A DNA stretch of 64,000 nucleotides, taken from Felis catus. Its lineage: Eukaryota. The translations under genes were made by a program, and so were the position numbers. The stretch spans positions 107,944,001-108,008,000 of the forward strand of contig NC_058373.1 in assembly GCF_018350175.1 (NCBI RefSeq), read 5' to 3'. Positions 39,906-53,697 of this stretch are shown one piece after another; positions within the stretch are counted from its first letter, which is position 1; every line of letters begins with the position of its first letter. Under the pieces are notes generated by a model. That model made no database searches, was not told where the DNA came from, and was given only the letters and a program-made list of their open reading frames with translations.

Positions 39906-41860
39906 AGAATGGAAGGCATTATTATCATCTCTGGAAACTGTTTGGATACCCATTTATATAGCACACCATAGATTCAGGTGTTAAGCATCTTGTGGCTTCA
40001 TATGGTGTAATAATGTCACTGAGTCCCCTGAATCAAGGGTGAGGGGGTATCCTTGTCCCATGTTCCACAGAAAGTGAGTGGTTGAACAGGCTGGGCCCCA
40101 GCCAACAGAACTCCCAGTGTTACTTTCCTACCCTAGCCCTTCCTATCATCACCTTTACCCCCACCCCCAAGATTGTGGAGTTTTAAGTTCCTTGTGTGAG
40201 GGTGTTCAAACATTTCACATAGACGTGGATGGAGCCAGAGGACTTGTTTGTGAGGACACCCTTGGGGCACAGAACCATTGGGAGAGGGGAACTGGAACAT
40301 ACACAGTTGAGCCCAGGACTTCTACTCGGAAAAAACTCCCAAATCATTAACCATGATCCTTAAAACTAAAAATACCCATTGCACGCACTCAAAAAAACTG
40401 CAACGGGAAGACCATTTTTCTTGTTTGCTTTTTTGTCTCTCATTTCTCATCGTCCCTTTAAATGTGTATGTGAAATGCTCATATGTCCAAGCCCCAAAAG
40501 CAAAACAATCCCACCCATTAGCTCTCATAGATTATAAAAACTGGCAATACCCATAGAAGTTAACACAGAAAAGAAATATGAAGACACACTTGTGTAAAAG
40601 CATTCCAGATTTATGACTTGAAAAATGATTTTTTAAATGTTTTTTTAAACTTGGTTTTAGAATAATGCATGCTTTCTGTTGGCTGAGTTTCCTTAACTGG
40701 CACTAAATTATCCCCAAATGCTAATAATCATAACACAGAAGAAAATACAGAGTTTGCTTAGAGTTTCTATGGTTGCACTGAGTTTTGCCTTCATGTAGCT
40801 CCAGAAAGAGAGACTTGGGGAAGTCCTCACGAATCCGAAGAGCTTAGGAAGGTGATGGCCTTTCTGTGAGGTGAGTGTTCCTTTGTACTAAATCATCTCC
40901 TCTCCTCGGAGGGATCACGAGGCTCAGTGCTGACTCAGGTGGAGTCAATGCCCTTTTCTGTGAGCTCACACAGGTGGCCAGGTTAAATAAGTGCTGAAAG
41001 GAGTTTGGTGCACTCTCCTGAGTCACCTTTGTCAGTTCAGGAGGCATTGTAAACTTGGCATTAGAGGGAGATTACAGAGTGCTTTTGTTCTTAAGCTTTA
41101 TAGAAATTAAAGTGTGTGTACTTGTGTGGGTTCACCTGTCATCACACCTATCAGATTTCATCATCTGCATTGTCTGCAGGAATCCTGTTTGCCTCTGTGC
41201 ACAAAGGGGGAATCACAATCAGTGCTGGGAGCCTCTTTTAGCCATGAGTGTGTCCCACGTCTGTCACCAGGCAGTTGATGAGAGCAGCATTGAATTTGAC
41301 CCTCTCCGTTTCCTACTCCTCTCCGGGCAGAAGTTGAGATGCTCAAGGGAGGTGGTCAGCCAGGAGGAGGCTGAGGAAGTGGAGGAAAAACTGGGACCAG
41401 ATTAAGGTAGAGGATCTAACTGTGGATCATTAGAACTGATGTTTCAAACACTGTGATGGGGAAAATCCAAAAGAAATTTACTGAATGATTCTTTAGCAAG
41501 AGAGATGGTTAACACCGGGACTGGTGTTGCCCCATATGAGGAAATGGAGCTGCTCCACAGACCTCTTACTCTAACTGCTAGTGCAATGAACACCTTTCAG
41601 AAATGAACCATTTTCTTACAGATAGATCAATGCGAGTGTTGGCAGAAGATAGAAAAACAGTAGCACGTTGATCTTCCTATAGACTTTTTGACATTTTAAA
41701 AATCATATTTTATTAAACTTACTGTACTCAGCTTCCTTCCCCCTTATTTTAGCTTACATGTTTACTAGGAATAGAGGTCCTGGTGTTTTATTTGTAGCTG
41801 GCAGTGTGAAGCATTTTTTTAATGGAGTAATACCACTCCATTAAAATATACCACTTGCCT

Positions 41861-42298
41861 ATTTTTTTTTAAGTTAATTTATTTTAATTTTTTTTTTTTA
41901 ATGTTTATTTTTGAGACAGAGAGAGAGAGACAGAGTATGAGCAGGGGAGGGGCAGAGAGAGAAGCAGGCTCCAGGCTCTGAGCTGTCAGCATAGAGTCCA
42001 ATATGGGACTCAAACCCACAAGCTGTGAGATCAGTACTTGAAGTCAGGCACTTAACCTACTGAGCCACCCAGGTGTCCCATTTTTTCAATTTTTTTTTTA
42101 TTTTTAGATTTTGTTTTAGAGTGAGAGAGAGAGCACATGTGAGTGGAGGAGAGGGGCAGAGGCAGAGAGAGAATCTTAAGCAGGCTCTGTGCTCAGCACA
42201 GAGCCCAATGTGGGACTCAATCCTATGACCCTGGGATCATGACCTGAGCTGAAATCAAGAGTTAGACTCTCAACCAACCGAGCCACCCAGGTGTTCCC
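41861..42298 (-). mobile_element. Two tandem CAN-SINEs (approx. 41880-42079 and 42080-42298) sharing one outer TSD
   Basis: Two reverse SINE bodies of different subfamilies. TSD accacttgcct at 41850-41860 and 42302-42312 encloses both. Confidence 0.9.
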
Positions 42299-44353
42299 TC
42301 CACCACTTGCCTCTTCAGTCTCCATATCTCAGCCAGGAGAATGAAGATGTCAGAGGTTTTATAAAATGAGCATGGAAACCCTTTTGATGTGGTAGTTTGC
42401 TAACCAAGAAATGTGGGTCGGAAGAGCTTTTTGTTTTAAGCTGGAAAAACTCTTGTGAACAGAACTCGTACACTTATTTTCTTTCATGTGCCCTTTCCAA
42501 CTATCAAAGACCAATAATTTTTAGCTGTTGATAGTTACTTTTGGTTCAGACACCAAAGATAGTGTCTCTCCTAGGTAAAGACAAGTATTGGCCTGGGTTC
42601 CATCAGGAGGAAATAAAAGGCATTGTGTAGTGTCCTCTAGAGGATCCTTGTTTAGTACTTGCTTCCTTTAAATAGCTACATTTCAGGGGATCACACCTGA
42701 AAACAAGTGGTAGTGGCTACGGTGAATAGAGCTTCCTTTTCCTTTAACGATTGGGAGTTACTGGAGAGCAATGAAACCTGACCTGTCAGTCAGAGCTGCT
42801 TGAGACTGGTTTGCCAGGAATAAAACCATCTTGGCCAACAACATTGGCGTTGGCACAAGTGTCTGACCTTGGGCTTTTCTGTCTCTGGGACTCACCTCTG
42901 ACCTTTACCTTTTTTTAAACCAACATTGTCTTATGACTTGGGATTTAGGGGAAGCTATAATGATTATAAAACACAGGAAAATTAGAGTGTTAAGAGCACT
43001 GAAAAGGAATTAAGTAGTTGCCCACAAAAAAGGTGCTGGATTCCAGTCACTGACAGCATGAGAAATATAGCCAACAAACTCACTACAGACTTTAGCACTG
43101 TTTCCACTCCATTGCAGGATCAACAGTACAGGGTATTATACTGGCTTTCATGAGGAGGAAATAAAGTACACTGTATACTGTGTCTCTGGAGATACGGAAT
43201 ATTCTGATGTAGATTAGTTACAAGTAACTTAGCAGTAAGATGTTGATCCATTGGCATTTTCAAATATATACTCGCATGCCCTCTTCAGTGTCTCGCCCAA
43301 GGAGATTAGCTTGACCAAGCTTTGTTTCATTTTATTGTTTATAAAGACAAGTCCACTTGAGACCCAAGGAAAATGTGGCTTCTCTAGCTGAGGGAGGTAT
43401 ATCTTCAAAATGTCAGCTCTTCTCTCCCAGAATTTTAACGATAAAACTAAGAAGAGACCAAAGATAGGATAAGATTGTAGACTCTTGATATTAGCATAGG
43501 CCATGAAAGGCATTGATCTCCCTTCCCACCTGATGCCAGATAGGTTATCCGGAATCCTTGACAACTCATGGAAGTTCTTCTTTGAATGTTTCCAATAAGA
43601 CAGTCGTGTTCCTCCTAGCAAAGCTCTTTCTATCGCTTAATGGCATTGGGTATTAAACTTAATTGTCTTTATAAGCTTATATATGCTCCCTTAACTCCAA
43701 CTCCCTAAACAGATTTCTCCTACTTGGAACTGCTTCTTATGGCCGACACCTCTTCTGGTGTTTGAAAATATCAGCAGTGCCTTTCTATCCTTTTTTCTCC
43801 AATATAAAGACCTCTGTTGTTCAAAGTAAAGCAAGGTAGTCAGACTAAAGGATTCTTTGGGTTCTTTTAAAGACTATTTGTTGTCTCTCCCTTCTCTTAG
43901 TACCTGCTGGTCACATGGGCCAGCACAGGAAGTATAACATAAGTAAGCACACAAAATGCTGTGCATTCTCCTTCACAGGTGAAGTCCTGAATGTCATCCC
44001 ATGATTCCTCCTGACCTGTCAGCCCACACTGGTTTTTGATCCAGAAAACAAATTAGAAGATTGGTCACCTCAAGAGGTGGTTTAGCACAGTGACTGAAAG
44101 CAAAGGTTTCTAGTACTAGATAGAAACTCCACCACTCCCAAACTGGGTGGCCTTGGGACAGGTTACAGATTGGACTGTTCCTCGATTTTCCAGTATGTAA
44201 AAAGGGAATGATAATCAGGGTTGCTGTAAATATTCTATAGAATGAACTTGAAACACTTAAGTCAATACCTGTTGTAATGCAAGAACATATATGTAGAGTA
44301 ATAGTAATGGCTACCACTTATCAAGCTACAACATTTACAAAAACTATACCATT

Positions 44354-46090
44354 TTTTAAATTGAAGTATAGTTAACATACAGTATATTAGTTTCAGGTCT
44401 ACAACACAGGAATTCAACAACTGTATGCATTACAAAATGGTCACCATGATAAGCACAGTTACCATCTGTCACCATACAAAACTGTTGCAAAATTATTGAC
44501 TGTATTCCCTATGTTATATTTTTCTTCCAGTGACTTATTTGTTTTACAACTGGAAGTTTGTACCTCTTAATTCCCTTCACCTATTTTGCCTATCCCTCCG
44601 CTGGCAACCATCAGTTTGTTCTCTGTATTTAGGAGTCTGTGTCTGGTTTTGTTTGTTTTGTTTTTCAGATTCCACATATAAGTGTAATCATATGGTATCT
44701 GTCTGACTTATTATACTTAGCATAATACCATCTAGGTCCATCCATGTTGTTACTAATGGCAACATCTCATTACTTTTTATGGTTGAGTGATATTCCATTA
44801 TATGTGTATACCACATCTTCTTTATCCATTCATCTATTGATCAAAACTTGGATTGTTTCCATATCTTGGCTATTGCCAAAAAAATGCTGCAGTAAACATA
44901 GAGATGCATATGTCTTTTCAAATTAGTGTTTTTGTTTCCTTCAGGTAAATACCCAGAGGTGAGATTACAGGATCATACAGTATTTCTATTTCTATTTTTA
45001 TTTTTATTTTTATTTTTATTTTTTGAGGAACCTCCATACTGTTTTCCACAGTGGCTGCACCAGTTTACATTCCCACGAACAATGCATGAGGGTTCCTTTT
45101 TCCCCATCCACATCCTCATCAACACTTGTTGTTTCTTGTCTTTTTGACATTAGCCATTCTGACAGGTGTGAAGTAATAGCTCATTATGGTTTTGATTTGC
45201 ATTTCTCTGATGACTAGTGATGTTGCACATCTTCTCATATCTGTTGGTCATCTGTAGGTCTTCTTTGAGAAAATGTCTATTCAGGTCCTCTGCCCATTTT
45301 TTAATCAGATTGTGGGGTTTTGGTGTTGACTTGTCTTACATTTTTTCTGTATTTTGGATATTAACTCCTTATTGGATATATCATTTGTAAATATCTTCTC
45401 CCATTCAGTATGTTGCCTTTTTGTTTTGTTGATAGTTTCCTTCACTGTGCAAAAGCTTTTTATTTTTGGTGTATTCCTAATAGTTTATTTTACTTTCGTT
45501 TGCCTTGTCTGAGGAGACATCTCCATAAATATGTTGCTAAGGCAAATATCCAAGAGATTATTGCTTGTGTTTTCTTCTAGGAGTTTTATGGTTTCTGGTC
45601 TCATATTTAGGTCTTTAGTCCATTTTGAGTTTATTTTTAGGTATGGTATAAGAAAGTAGTCTAGTTTCATTCTTTTGCATGTAGCTGTCTAGTTTTCTTA
45701 GCATTTACTGAAGAGACTGTGTATATTCATGCCTCCTTTGTCATAGATTAACCACATAAGTGTGGTTTTATTTCTGGGTTCTGTTCCATGGATCTGTTGT
45801 CTGTTTTTGTGCTGGTATCATCCTGTTTTGATTACTGTAGCTTTGTAGTATAATTTTAATTTTGGGATTGTGATACCTCCAGCTTTGTTCTTCTAAGATT
45901 GCTTTGGCCGTTGGGGGTCTTTTGTGTCCATAAAAATTTAAACAGATAAATGGAAAGATATACCATACTCATGGGTTAGAAGAATTAATGTTAAATGTCG
46001 ATACTACCCAATCTATAAATTCAATGTAATCTCTATCCAAACACCAATATTACTTTCACAAAACTAGAACAAACAATCTTAAAATTTGTA
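44354..46090 (-). mobile_element. 5'-truncated carnivore L1 (~1.7 kb) with inverted 5' segment
   Basis: 44354-~45938 is antisense L1 3'UTR/ORF2 (minus-strand remnant KLDYFLIPYLKINSKWTKDLNMRPETIKLLEEN). ~45939-46090 is sense-oriented ORF2. TSD-like taccatt at 44347-44353 and 46089-46095. Confidence 0.88.
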
Positions 46091-47694
46091 CCATTCTTTT
46101 TCCTACTCCTGCAGCTGCTCCCTGCCCAAATCAGTCTAGATCTGGATCCCTCTGTGCTTTGAGAATGGCAAGATGGTCTATTGCCAGCAGTGTGCAGATT
46201 ACTAGTTCCAGCCCTGCCTAGTAAATTCCATTCAGACCCAATCTGAACAAGCTAGAACAACTCTCCCTCTCTTGGCTCTTCCAATAGTCCATGGAAATAC
46301 CATTCTGTAGAATAAACTGTACTTGAGAAAATTAGTTTGCCTCCCAAGAGATATTTAAAAAATCCATTATCTATCCTTTCCACCTGCCCCCGAGACCCAT
46401 CCCACCCCCAATGGGTTGTTGTGTCTCATTTTAGGTTTAAATGTCTGTCTCTGCCTTCTTCTATGGAAAAGTGACTTCTCAATGCCAAGCCAAAGCCCGG
46501 TGTCTCTCTCCTCCCTTGCTGCTCCGTCAGTTAATTCACATGCCTCCCTTTGTCCCTCTTACCACTGCTCTGGGCTGGATGGTGCTCCTGGGTTAGGTCA
46601 TTCCCAGGTCTGTGCCTCACCACTGCAGCTGGCATGAAGGGCTACAAGGGTGGTTGATGAGTAGTCTTCATAAGCAGGTTAGATTCTGCCTATAACAGTG
46701 GCAACAGACAGACATATGACTGCAACATGCACACACTGGCATTCACTTTGTCACCCCCACGGTGGCCATCAGCTATGCACCTATGGTGGGGTTGACCAAC
46801 ATAGCTGTGAATCCTATTCTGTGTCCTGTGTTCTTTCTCTGCACTCCCTCCCCAGCATTGTCTGTAGAGCCTTAAAATGCCTTCTTCCCATTTAGGAGCA
46901 TCTCCCTGGAATATTGATGGGAATGTCCTGTGGCATGGTTTCCTTCCCCACGACTTGCCAGAATTAACCCTTTCTGCCTCTTTGGTCTGAAATTGAATGA
47001 AAGGAGAAGGTCATTTTGTTTGTCCAACAGCCAAATCCAATTATTAGGAGAAAATACAGTGTTTTCTCCCTCCTGGAAGAAAATCTAATTAGACTAATTG
47101 GTCTATTTGTATAACTAGTCCTCTTCCTCTGAAATCAGACAGATTTTGAAAGAGGAAAAAATAGCCATTGCCTACATTTTAATGAGTTTCAAAGTACATT
47201 TGAATCCTGTTCTCTCAAGACACATTATTATGTGGGGTTAGTTTAAACTCTATCCTCCAGAACATTCAACAACTCAAAACCAAAGCCTCCTCCTGTGTAG
47301 CAGAGCCTGTGACACATCAGAATGCTGCCCCCGGCACCAGCTTCACAAAGAAGTTGCCCCGTTGCATCCTTGATCCTGGGTTCAGTATCTCCCTTCTATT
47401 GTTAAAGCGGATACAACTGCACAATAAAACCTGAGTATTATTTGTATCTCTTGTCTTAAGATGGTCTTTAGGAATCTTTGCTGTCAGAAAAACTGTTTTC
47501 CAGAGACCACCACAATGGCCCTACCGTGAAAGCAAAAACAGACCTTGTTTTATCTTTCCTGGCTGCAGTGTTGAGTAGCAAGGAGAGCCGCTTGAGCCTC
47601 AGGGTCAAGGGTGACTTCAGACCTTACTCTTGGAGGCGTTCAGTCCATGCCCCTGACTCTAGGTAAAACAGGATGGACCTACGCGTGGTTTAAC

Positions 47695-47905
47695 AAGATG
47701 CTTACTAATACATTTATTGAGGGCTTCCTTTGTGCCAGGCATTTACTTGTCATAACAACCTTATGAAGTACAGGAAAATCTCCATTTTATAGTTGAGGAA
47801 TCTGAGGCCCAGAGAAGTTAATAAATTTATACAAGGTCACACAGCTCATTAGTGGTAGAATTGGTATACAAACACAAGGAGTTGAACTGCAGAGCCTAAC
47901 CAGTT
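47695..47905 (-). mobile_element. MIR
   Basis: catttattgagggcttcctttgtgccaggc...ccattttatagttgaggaatctgaggcccagagaagtt...aaggtcacacagct. Confidence 0.75.
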
Positions 47906-50631
47906 AACCTCTGTGCGTTATCAGAGGAGCTCTTCTACCCTTTATATATCCTTCCTTGGTGTGCAGGAGGCTTCCCAGGACATTCTGGTACAAACCTGGC
48001 CTAAACTGCTTACACTCCACTGTAGAGCTACCTTCAGGAGGACAGGTGACTGTTTTCCCCTGTAGTCTTGCCTTCTCTGCAGCCTTGAAAGAACTGTTAA
48101 CTTTCTCATTCTCAGGGCAGATGTAGTTCAGGTTGCTTCGGTATCCTCTAGTTAAATTCCACTTTAATGAGGACTCCAGAAGGAAGGGGAATATCAATGA
48201 AACCATCCAGTCTTGACCCCCCTCCTGTCCCTATTCTCCAGTTACTTTGACAGTTAGATTTGGGGTGGAATCAGATTTTCCACCCTGGCCTCTTCACTCA
48301 CTCTTTGCAGCTTATAAAGTGCTTCTATTGACCCTAGAAAATATCCTGTTTCCTTTAGTAAATGTGTCCATAATCTTTCATGAAGTCACTTTATTTTCCT
48401 CCTTGGCTGACTTTCTCATTTGGACCACAGTCGGGAAAAGGTCAGTTGAGGCAAGTTTAAGTATGACCTTAGATGTGGCTAGACATTGCTCCAAACAACA
48501 TTGTTGCTAATTTGTTTGGTATTTGAATCCTATTAGGGACATAAGCAAACAGAGGAAGTTTTCTGCAAAAGAATTATGCCATTGCTGTTCGCAGCAGCAG
48601 GAATACAGTGTTTAGGGAGAGTCCTGTGCCTGGCCTAGAGCAACAAGTCCCCTCTATCCCCAACCCTATACACCTCTTTGCATCTTTGGAAGGTTGGTCA
48701 TGAAGGGACTATAATCTCCACCTTGGGATGGTCCCTGTCCTGGTTTCTGTTTCATTCATCCTCCCTTTTTTTTTTTTGAAGGATAGTTGACACACAATGT
48801 TACATTAATTTCAGGTGTACCACATAGTGATTTGACAAGTCTGTGTTATGATATGCTCACCACAAGGTTAGCTACCACCTGTCACCATACAATGCTATTA
48901 CAGTACCATTCATTAGGGTCCCTGTGCTGTACCTTTTATCACTGTGACATTCATTCCATATATCCCACTAGCCTTCACCCATTTTGCCTGCCACCCGCCC
49001 CCCGCCCCCCGCCCCCCCCCTCCGACCCAGCCTCCCCTCTGGTAACCATCAGTTTGTTCTCTGTATTTTGGGTTCTGTTTCTGTTTTTTGTTTTAATTTT
49101 TAGATTCCACATATAGCTGAAATCATATGGTATTCGCCTTTCTCTGACTTATTTACTTAGCATAATACCTTACAGGTCCATCCATGTTGTCAGAGATGGC
49201 AAGGTCTCATTTTTTTTATGGCTGAGTAATGTTCCATTGTACATTGTGCCACTTCTTCCTGATCTGTTAATCTCAGTGGCCACTTGGGTTGCTTCCGTAT
49301 CTTTGCTATTGTATCTATTGCTGCTATAAACATAGAGCTGGCATGTATCTTTATGAATTAGTGTTTTTGTTTTCTTTGGGTAAATACCCAGAAGTAGAAT
49401 TACTGAATTATATGGTATTTCTATCTTTGATTTCTTGAGGAACCTCCATACTGTTTTTTCCACATGGGCTACACCAGTTTACATTCCCACCAACAGTGCA
49501 TGAGTGTTCCTTTTTCTCCACATCCTTGCCAGCACTTATTTCTTGTGTTTTTGATTCTAGCCAGTCTAACTAGGTGAAAGGTGATAGTTCGTGGGTTTGA
49601 GTTGCATTTCCCTGATGATGAGTGATGTTGAGCATATTTTCATGTGACTGTTAGCCATCTGTAGGTCTTTGGAGAAATGTCTGTTCAGGTTCTCAGCTCA
49701 TTTTTAATTGGACTATTTGTTTTCTGAGGTTGGGTTGTGTAAGTCCTTTTCCAGTTGAGATCTTAACCCCTTATTGGATATGTCATTTGCAGATATGTTC
49801 TCCCATTTGGTAGGCTGACTTTTTGTTTCGTTGATGGTTCTCTTCATTGTGAAAAAACTTTTTACTTTTATGTAGTCTTAATAATTTATTTTGCTTTTGT
49901 TTCCCTTGCCTGAGGAGACATATCTAGAAAAATGTTGCTAAGGCCAGTGTCAAAGAGATTACTACCTATGTTTTTTTCTAGGAATTTTATGGTTTCAGGT
50001 CTTACATTTAGGTCTTTAACCCATTTTGAGTTTATTTTTGCATATGATGTATGAAGGTGGTCCAGTTTTATTCTTTTGAATGTAGCTATCCAGTATCCCC
50101 AGTACCATTAAAGAGACCGTCTTTTCCCTATTGTGCTACTCCTTTGTCATAGATTAATTGATCAACTAAGCATGGTTTCTGTGCTCTCTTTTCTGTCCTA
50201 CTGAAATATGTGTCTGTTTCTGTGCCAGTACCATACTGTTTTAATTACAACGGCTTTGCAGTGTACCTTGAATTTGGGATTGTGATACTTCCAGCTTTGT
50301 TTGTCTTTCTCAATATTGCTGTGGCTATCCAGGGTCTTTTGTGGTTCCATACAAACTTCAGGATTATTTGTTTTAGTTCTGTAAAATAATACTATTAGTA
50401 TTTTGATAGAGATTTTATTGAATCTGTAGGTTGCTCTGGGTAGCATGGACATTTTAACAATGTTAGTTCTTAGTCCAATCCATGAGCATGGAATGTCTTT
50501 CCATTTGTTTGCGGGGTCTTCAATTTCTTTCATCAGTATTTTATGCTTTTCAGAGTACAGATCTTTAACTTCCTTGGTTAAGTTTATTCCTAGTGATTTA
50601 TTCTTTTTGATGAAATGGTAACTGGAATGTA

Positions 50632-50847
50632 ATTTTTTTTAGTTTTTAAATGTTTATTTATTTTTGAGAGACAGAGCATGAGTCAGGGAGAGGCAGAGAG
50701 AGAGGGAGACACAGAATCTGAAGCAAGCTCCAGGCCCTGAGCTGTCAGCACAGAGCCTGACATGGAGCTCGAACCCATGAACTGCCAGATCATGACCTGA
50801 GCCAAAGTTGGACCCTTAACTGACTGAGCCAGCCACTCAGGTGCCCT
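50632..50847 (-). mobile_element. CAN-SINE nested in L1
   Basis: Reverse SINE body interrupting L1 ORF2. Confidence 0.92.
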
Positions 50848-51598
50848 TGGAATTATTTTCTTAATTTCTCTTTCTGCTACTTTGTTATTAGTATATAGAA
50901 ATGCCAGCATATTTCTCTGTGTTAATTTTGTATCCTGCAACTTTACTGAATTTATTATTTTTCATAGTTTTTTTTTTTTTGGTGGAGTTTTTAGCCCTGA
51001 AGACTATGTATAGTATCATGTCATCTGCAAATAGTGACAGTTTAACTTATTCCTTGCCAATTTGGATGCATTTTATTTTTCTTGAAAATTACTGTAGCTA
51101 GGATTTTCAGTACTATGAAGGTGGTGAGAGAGGACATTCTTGTCTTGTTCCTGATCTTAGAGGAAAAGCCCTGTTTTTTCCCCTTGACTTGATGTTAGCT
51201 GTGGGTTTTTCATATATGGCCTTTTTTTGTTGAGGTATGTTGCCTAGATCTAAACTCACTTTGCTGAGGGTTTTTATCATGAATGAATGTTGAATTTTGT
51301 CAGATGCTTTTGTGCCTCTTTTGAGAGGATATGAATTTTATTTTTCACGTTGTTAATGCATCATATTAATTTACAAATATTGACCCATCTTTACATCTCC
51401 AGAATAAATACAGTTTGATTGTGATCAATGATTTTTTCAATGGATTGTTGAATGCAGTTTGCTAATATTTTGTTATTATAGGACTGTTGCATCTTTGTTT
51501 GTTATGGTATCTGGGTAATGCTGGCCTCAGAGAATGTATTTGGAAGCTTTCCTTCTTCTATTTTATGGAGTAGTTTGAGAAAAAGAGGTATTACATTT

Positions 51599-51820
51599 CT
51601 TTTTTTTTTTTTTTAATTCTTAACATTTATTTATTATTGAGAGAGAGTCAGAGCATGAGCATGGGAGGTGCAGAGAGAGGAGGAGACACAGAATCTGAAG
51701 CAGGCTCCAGGCTCTGAGCTGTCAGCACAGAGCCCAATACAGGGCTTGAACTCACAAACCATGAGATCATGACCTAAGCCAAAGTTGGATGCTTAACAGA
51801 CCGAGCCACTGAGGCACCCC
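51599..51820 (-). mobile_element. CAN-SINE nested in L1
   Basis: Reverse SINE body; TSD-like gtattaca..ttct on both sides. Confidence 0.92.
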
Positions 51821-53540
51821 AGTATTACACTTTCTGTAAATGTTTGGTAGAATTCACATGTGAAGCCATCTGGTCCTGAAGTTTTGTTTGTTGGAAGCTT
51901 TTTGATTACTGATTCAACTTCATTACTAATAATTGGTCTGTTCAGATATTCTATTCCAGGTTGAGTTTTGGAAGATTATGTTTCTAGGAATTTATCCATG
52001 TCTTTCTTCTAAGTTGTCCAGTTTGTTGGCATATTATTTTTTGTAGTAGTCTGATTCTTTGTATTTATGTGGTGTCAGTTGTTACTTCTCTCTCATTTCT
52101 GATTTATTGGGGTCCTCTGTTTTTCCTTTATGAGTCTAGCTAAAGGTTGATCAATTTTATTTTTTCGAAGAACGAGCTCTTGGTTTCATTGTTTTTTTAG
52201 TCTGTTTTTTTTTTTTTTAATTTTTATTCTCAGATCTTATTAACTTCCTTCTACTAACTTTGGACTTTGTTCTTTTTCTAGTTCCTTTAGGTGTAAGGTT
52301 AGATTGCTTGAGATTTTTCTTGAGGTAGGCCTGTATTGCTATAAATTTCCCTCTTGGAACTGCATTTGCTGTGGCCCACTTTGGACTATTGTGTTTTTAT
52401 TTTTGTCTTCATGTATTTTTTTTTTAATTTCTTCTTTAACCCATAGGTTGCTTAGTAGTATGTTGTTTAGCCTTGACATGTTTGTGTTTTTTCCATTTTT
52501 TTTTTCTTGTGATTGCTAGTTTCATACTGGTGTGGTCAGGAAAGTTGCACAACATGATTTTAATCTTCTTAAATTTTTTGAGACTTGTACTGTGGCCTAA
52601 CATGTATTTACCCTGGAGAATGTTCTATATGTACCTGAAAAGAGTGTCTTCTGTCGTTTGGGGATGGAATGGTATATATATATCCATCAAGTCCATCTGG
52701 TCTAATGTATCATTTCAAAAACATTGTTTTATTATTGATTTTCTGCCTGATCTAGCCATTCATATAAGTGAGGTGCTAAAGTCCCCCACCATCATTGTAT
52801 TACTGTCAATTTATCCTTTTATACCTGTTAACATTTGATGTATTTAGGTGCTTCAATGTTGGGTGCATAGATATTTACAATTGTCCTACCCTGTTGTTGG
52901 CTTGATCCTTCCATGATTATGTAATGCCCTTTTTTGTCTTGTGTTGCAACGTTTGTTTTAAAGTCTATTTGGCTGACAAAAGTATTGCTTTTTTTCTTCA
53001 CTTCCTTTGGCATGGAACGCTTTTTCCTTCCTCTCACTTTCAGTCTGCATGTATTTTTAGTTCTGAAGTGAGTCTTTTGTAGGCAGCACATAGTTAGGAT
53101 GGCAGAATGGATAAGAAAATAAGACCTATTTCGTTTAATTACAGCATTTAGACCATTTAAAGTGATTCTTGATAGGTATGTATCTTTTTGCCATTTGTTC
53201 ATTGTTTTCTGGTTGTCTTTGTAGTTCTACTCTTTTCCTTCTTACTCTCTTACCTTGTGATTGATGATTTCAAGTATTATATACTGCTTGGCTTTATTTA
53301 TCTTTATTTTTTGTGTATCTATTATAGGTTTTGGGTTTGTGGTTACCCATGAGGCTCATAGAACATCCTAAATATACAGAGTTCCATATGCAGTTGATGG
53401 TCACTTAAGTTCAAACATATTCTAAAATTTTATTTTCACTCCCTGCTCCATGTTTTATGTATATGTCATACTTTACATTACTTTTATTTATAATTTTATT
53501 CTAATTATGGCCTTTTGTTTTGCACTTAAAGAAGTCCCTC

Positions 53541-53697
53541 AGGGTACCTGGTTGACTCAATCAGTTAAACATCTGGTTCTTGATTTCACTTCAGGTCATG
53601 ATCCTGGGGTCATGGGATCAAACCCTGCATCTGGCTCCACGCTGGGCATGGAACCTGCTTAAGATTCTCTCCCCCTTCTTTCCCCCACCCCCAAAAA
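53541..53697 (+). mobile_element. Older CAN-SINE nested in L1
   Basis: agggtacctggttgactcaatcagttaaacatc...ggaacctgcttaagattctc; TSD-like aaag(a/t)agtccc. Confidence 0.85.

Noticed and set aside
48990..49025. C-rich tract as a special G-quadruplex element
   Set aside because: It is the ordinary G-rich tract of the L1 3'UTR on the minus strand, already explained by the L1.
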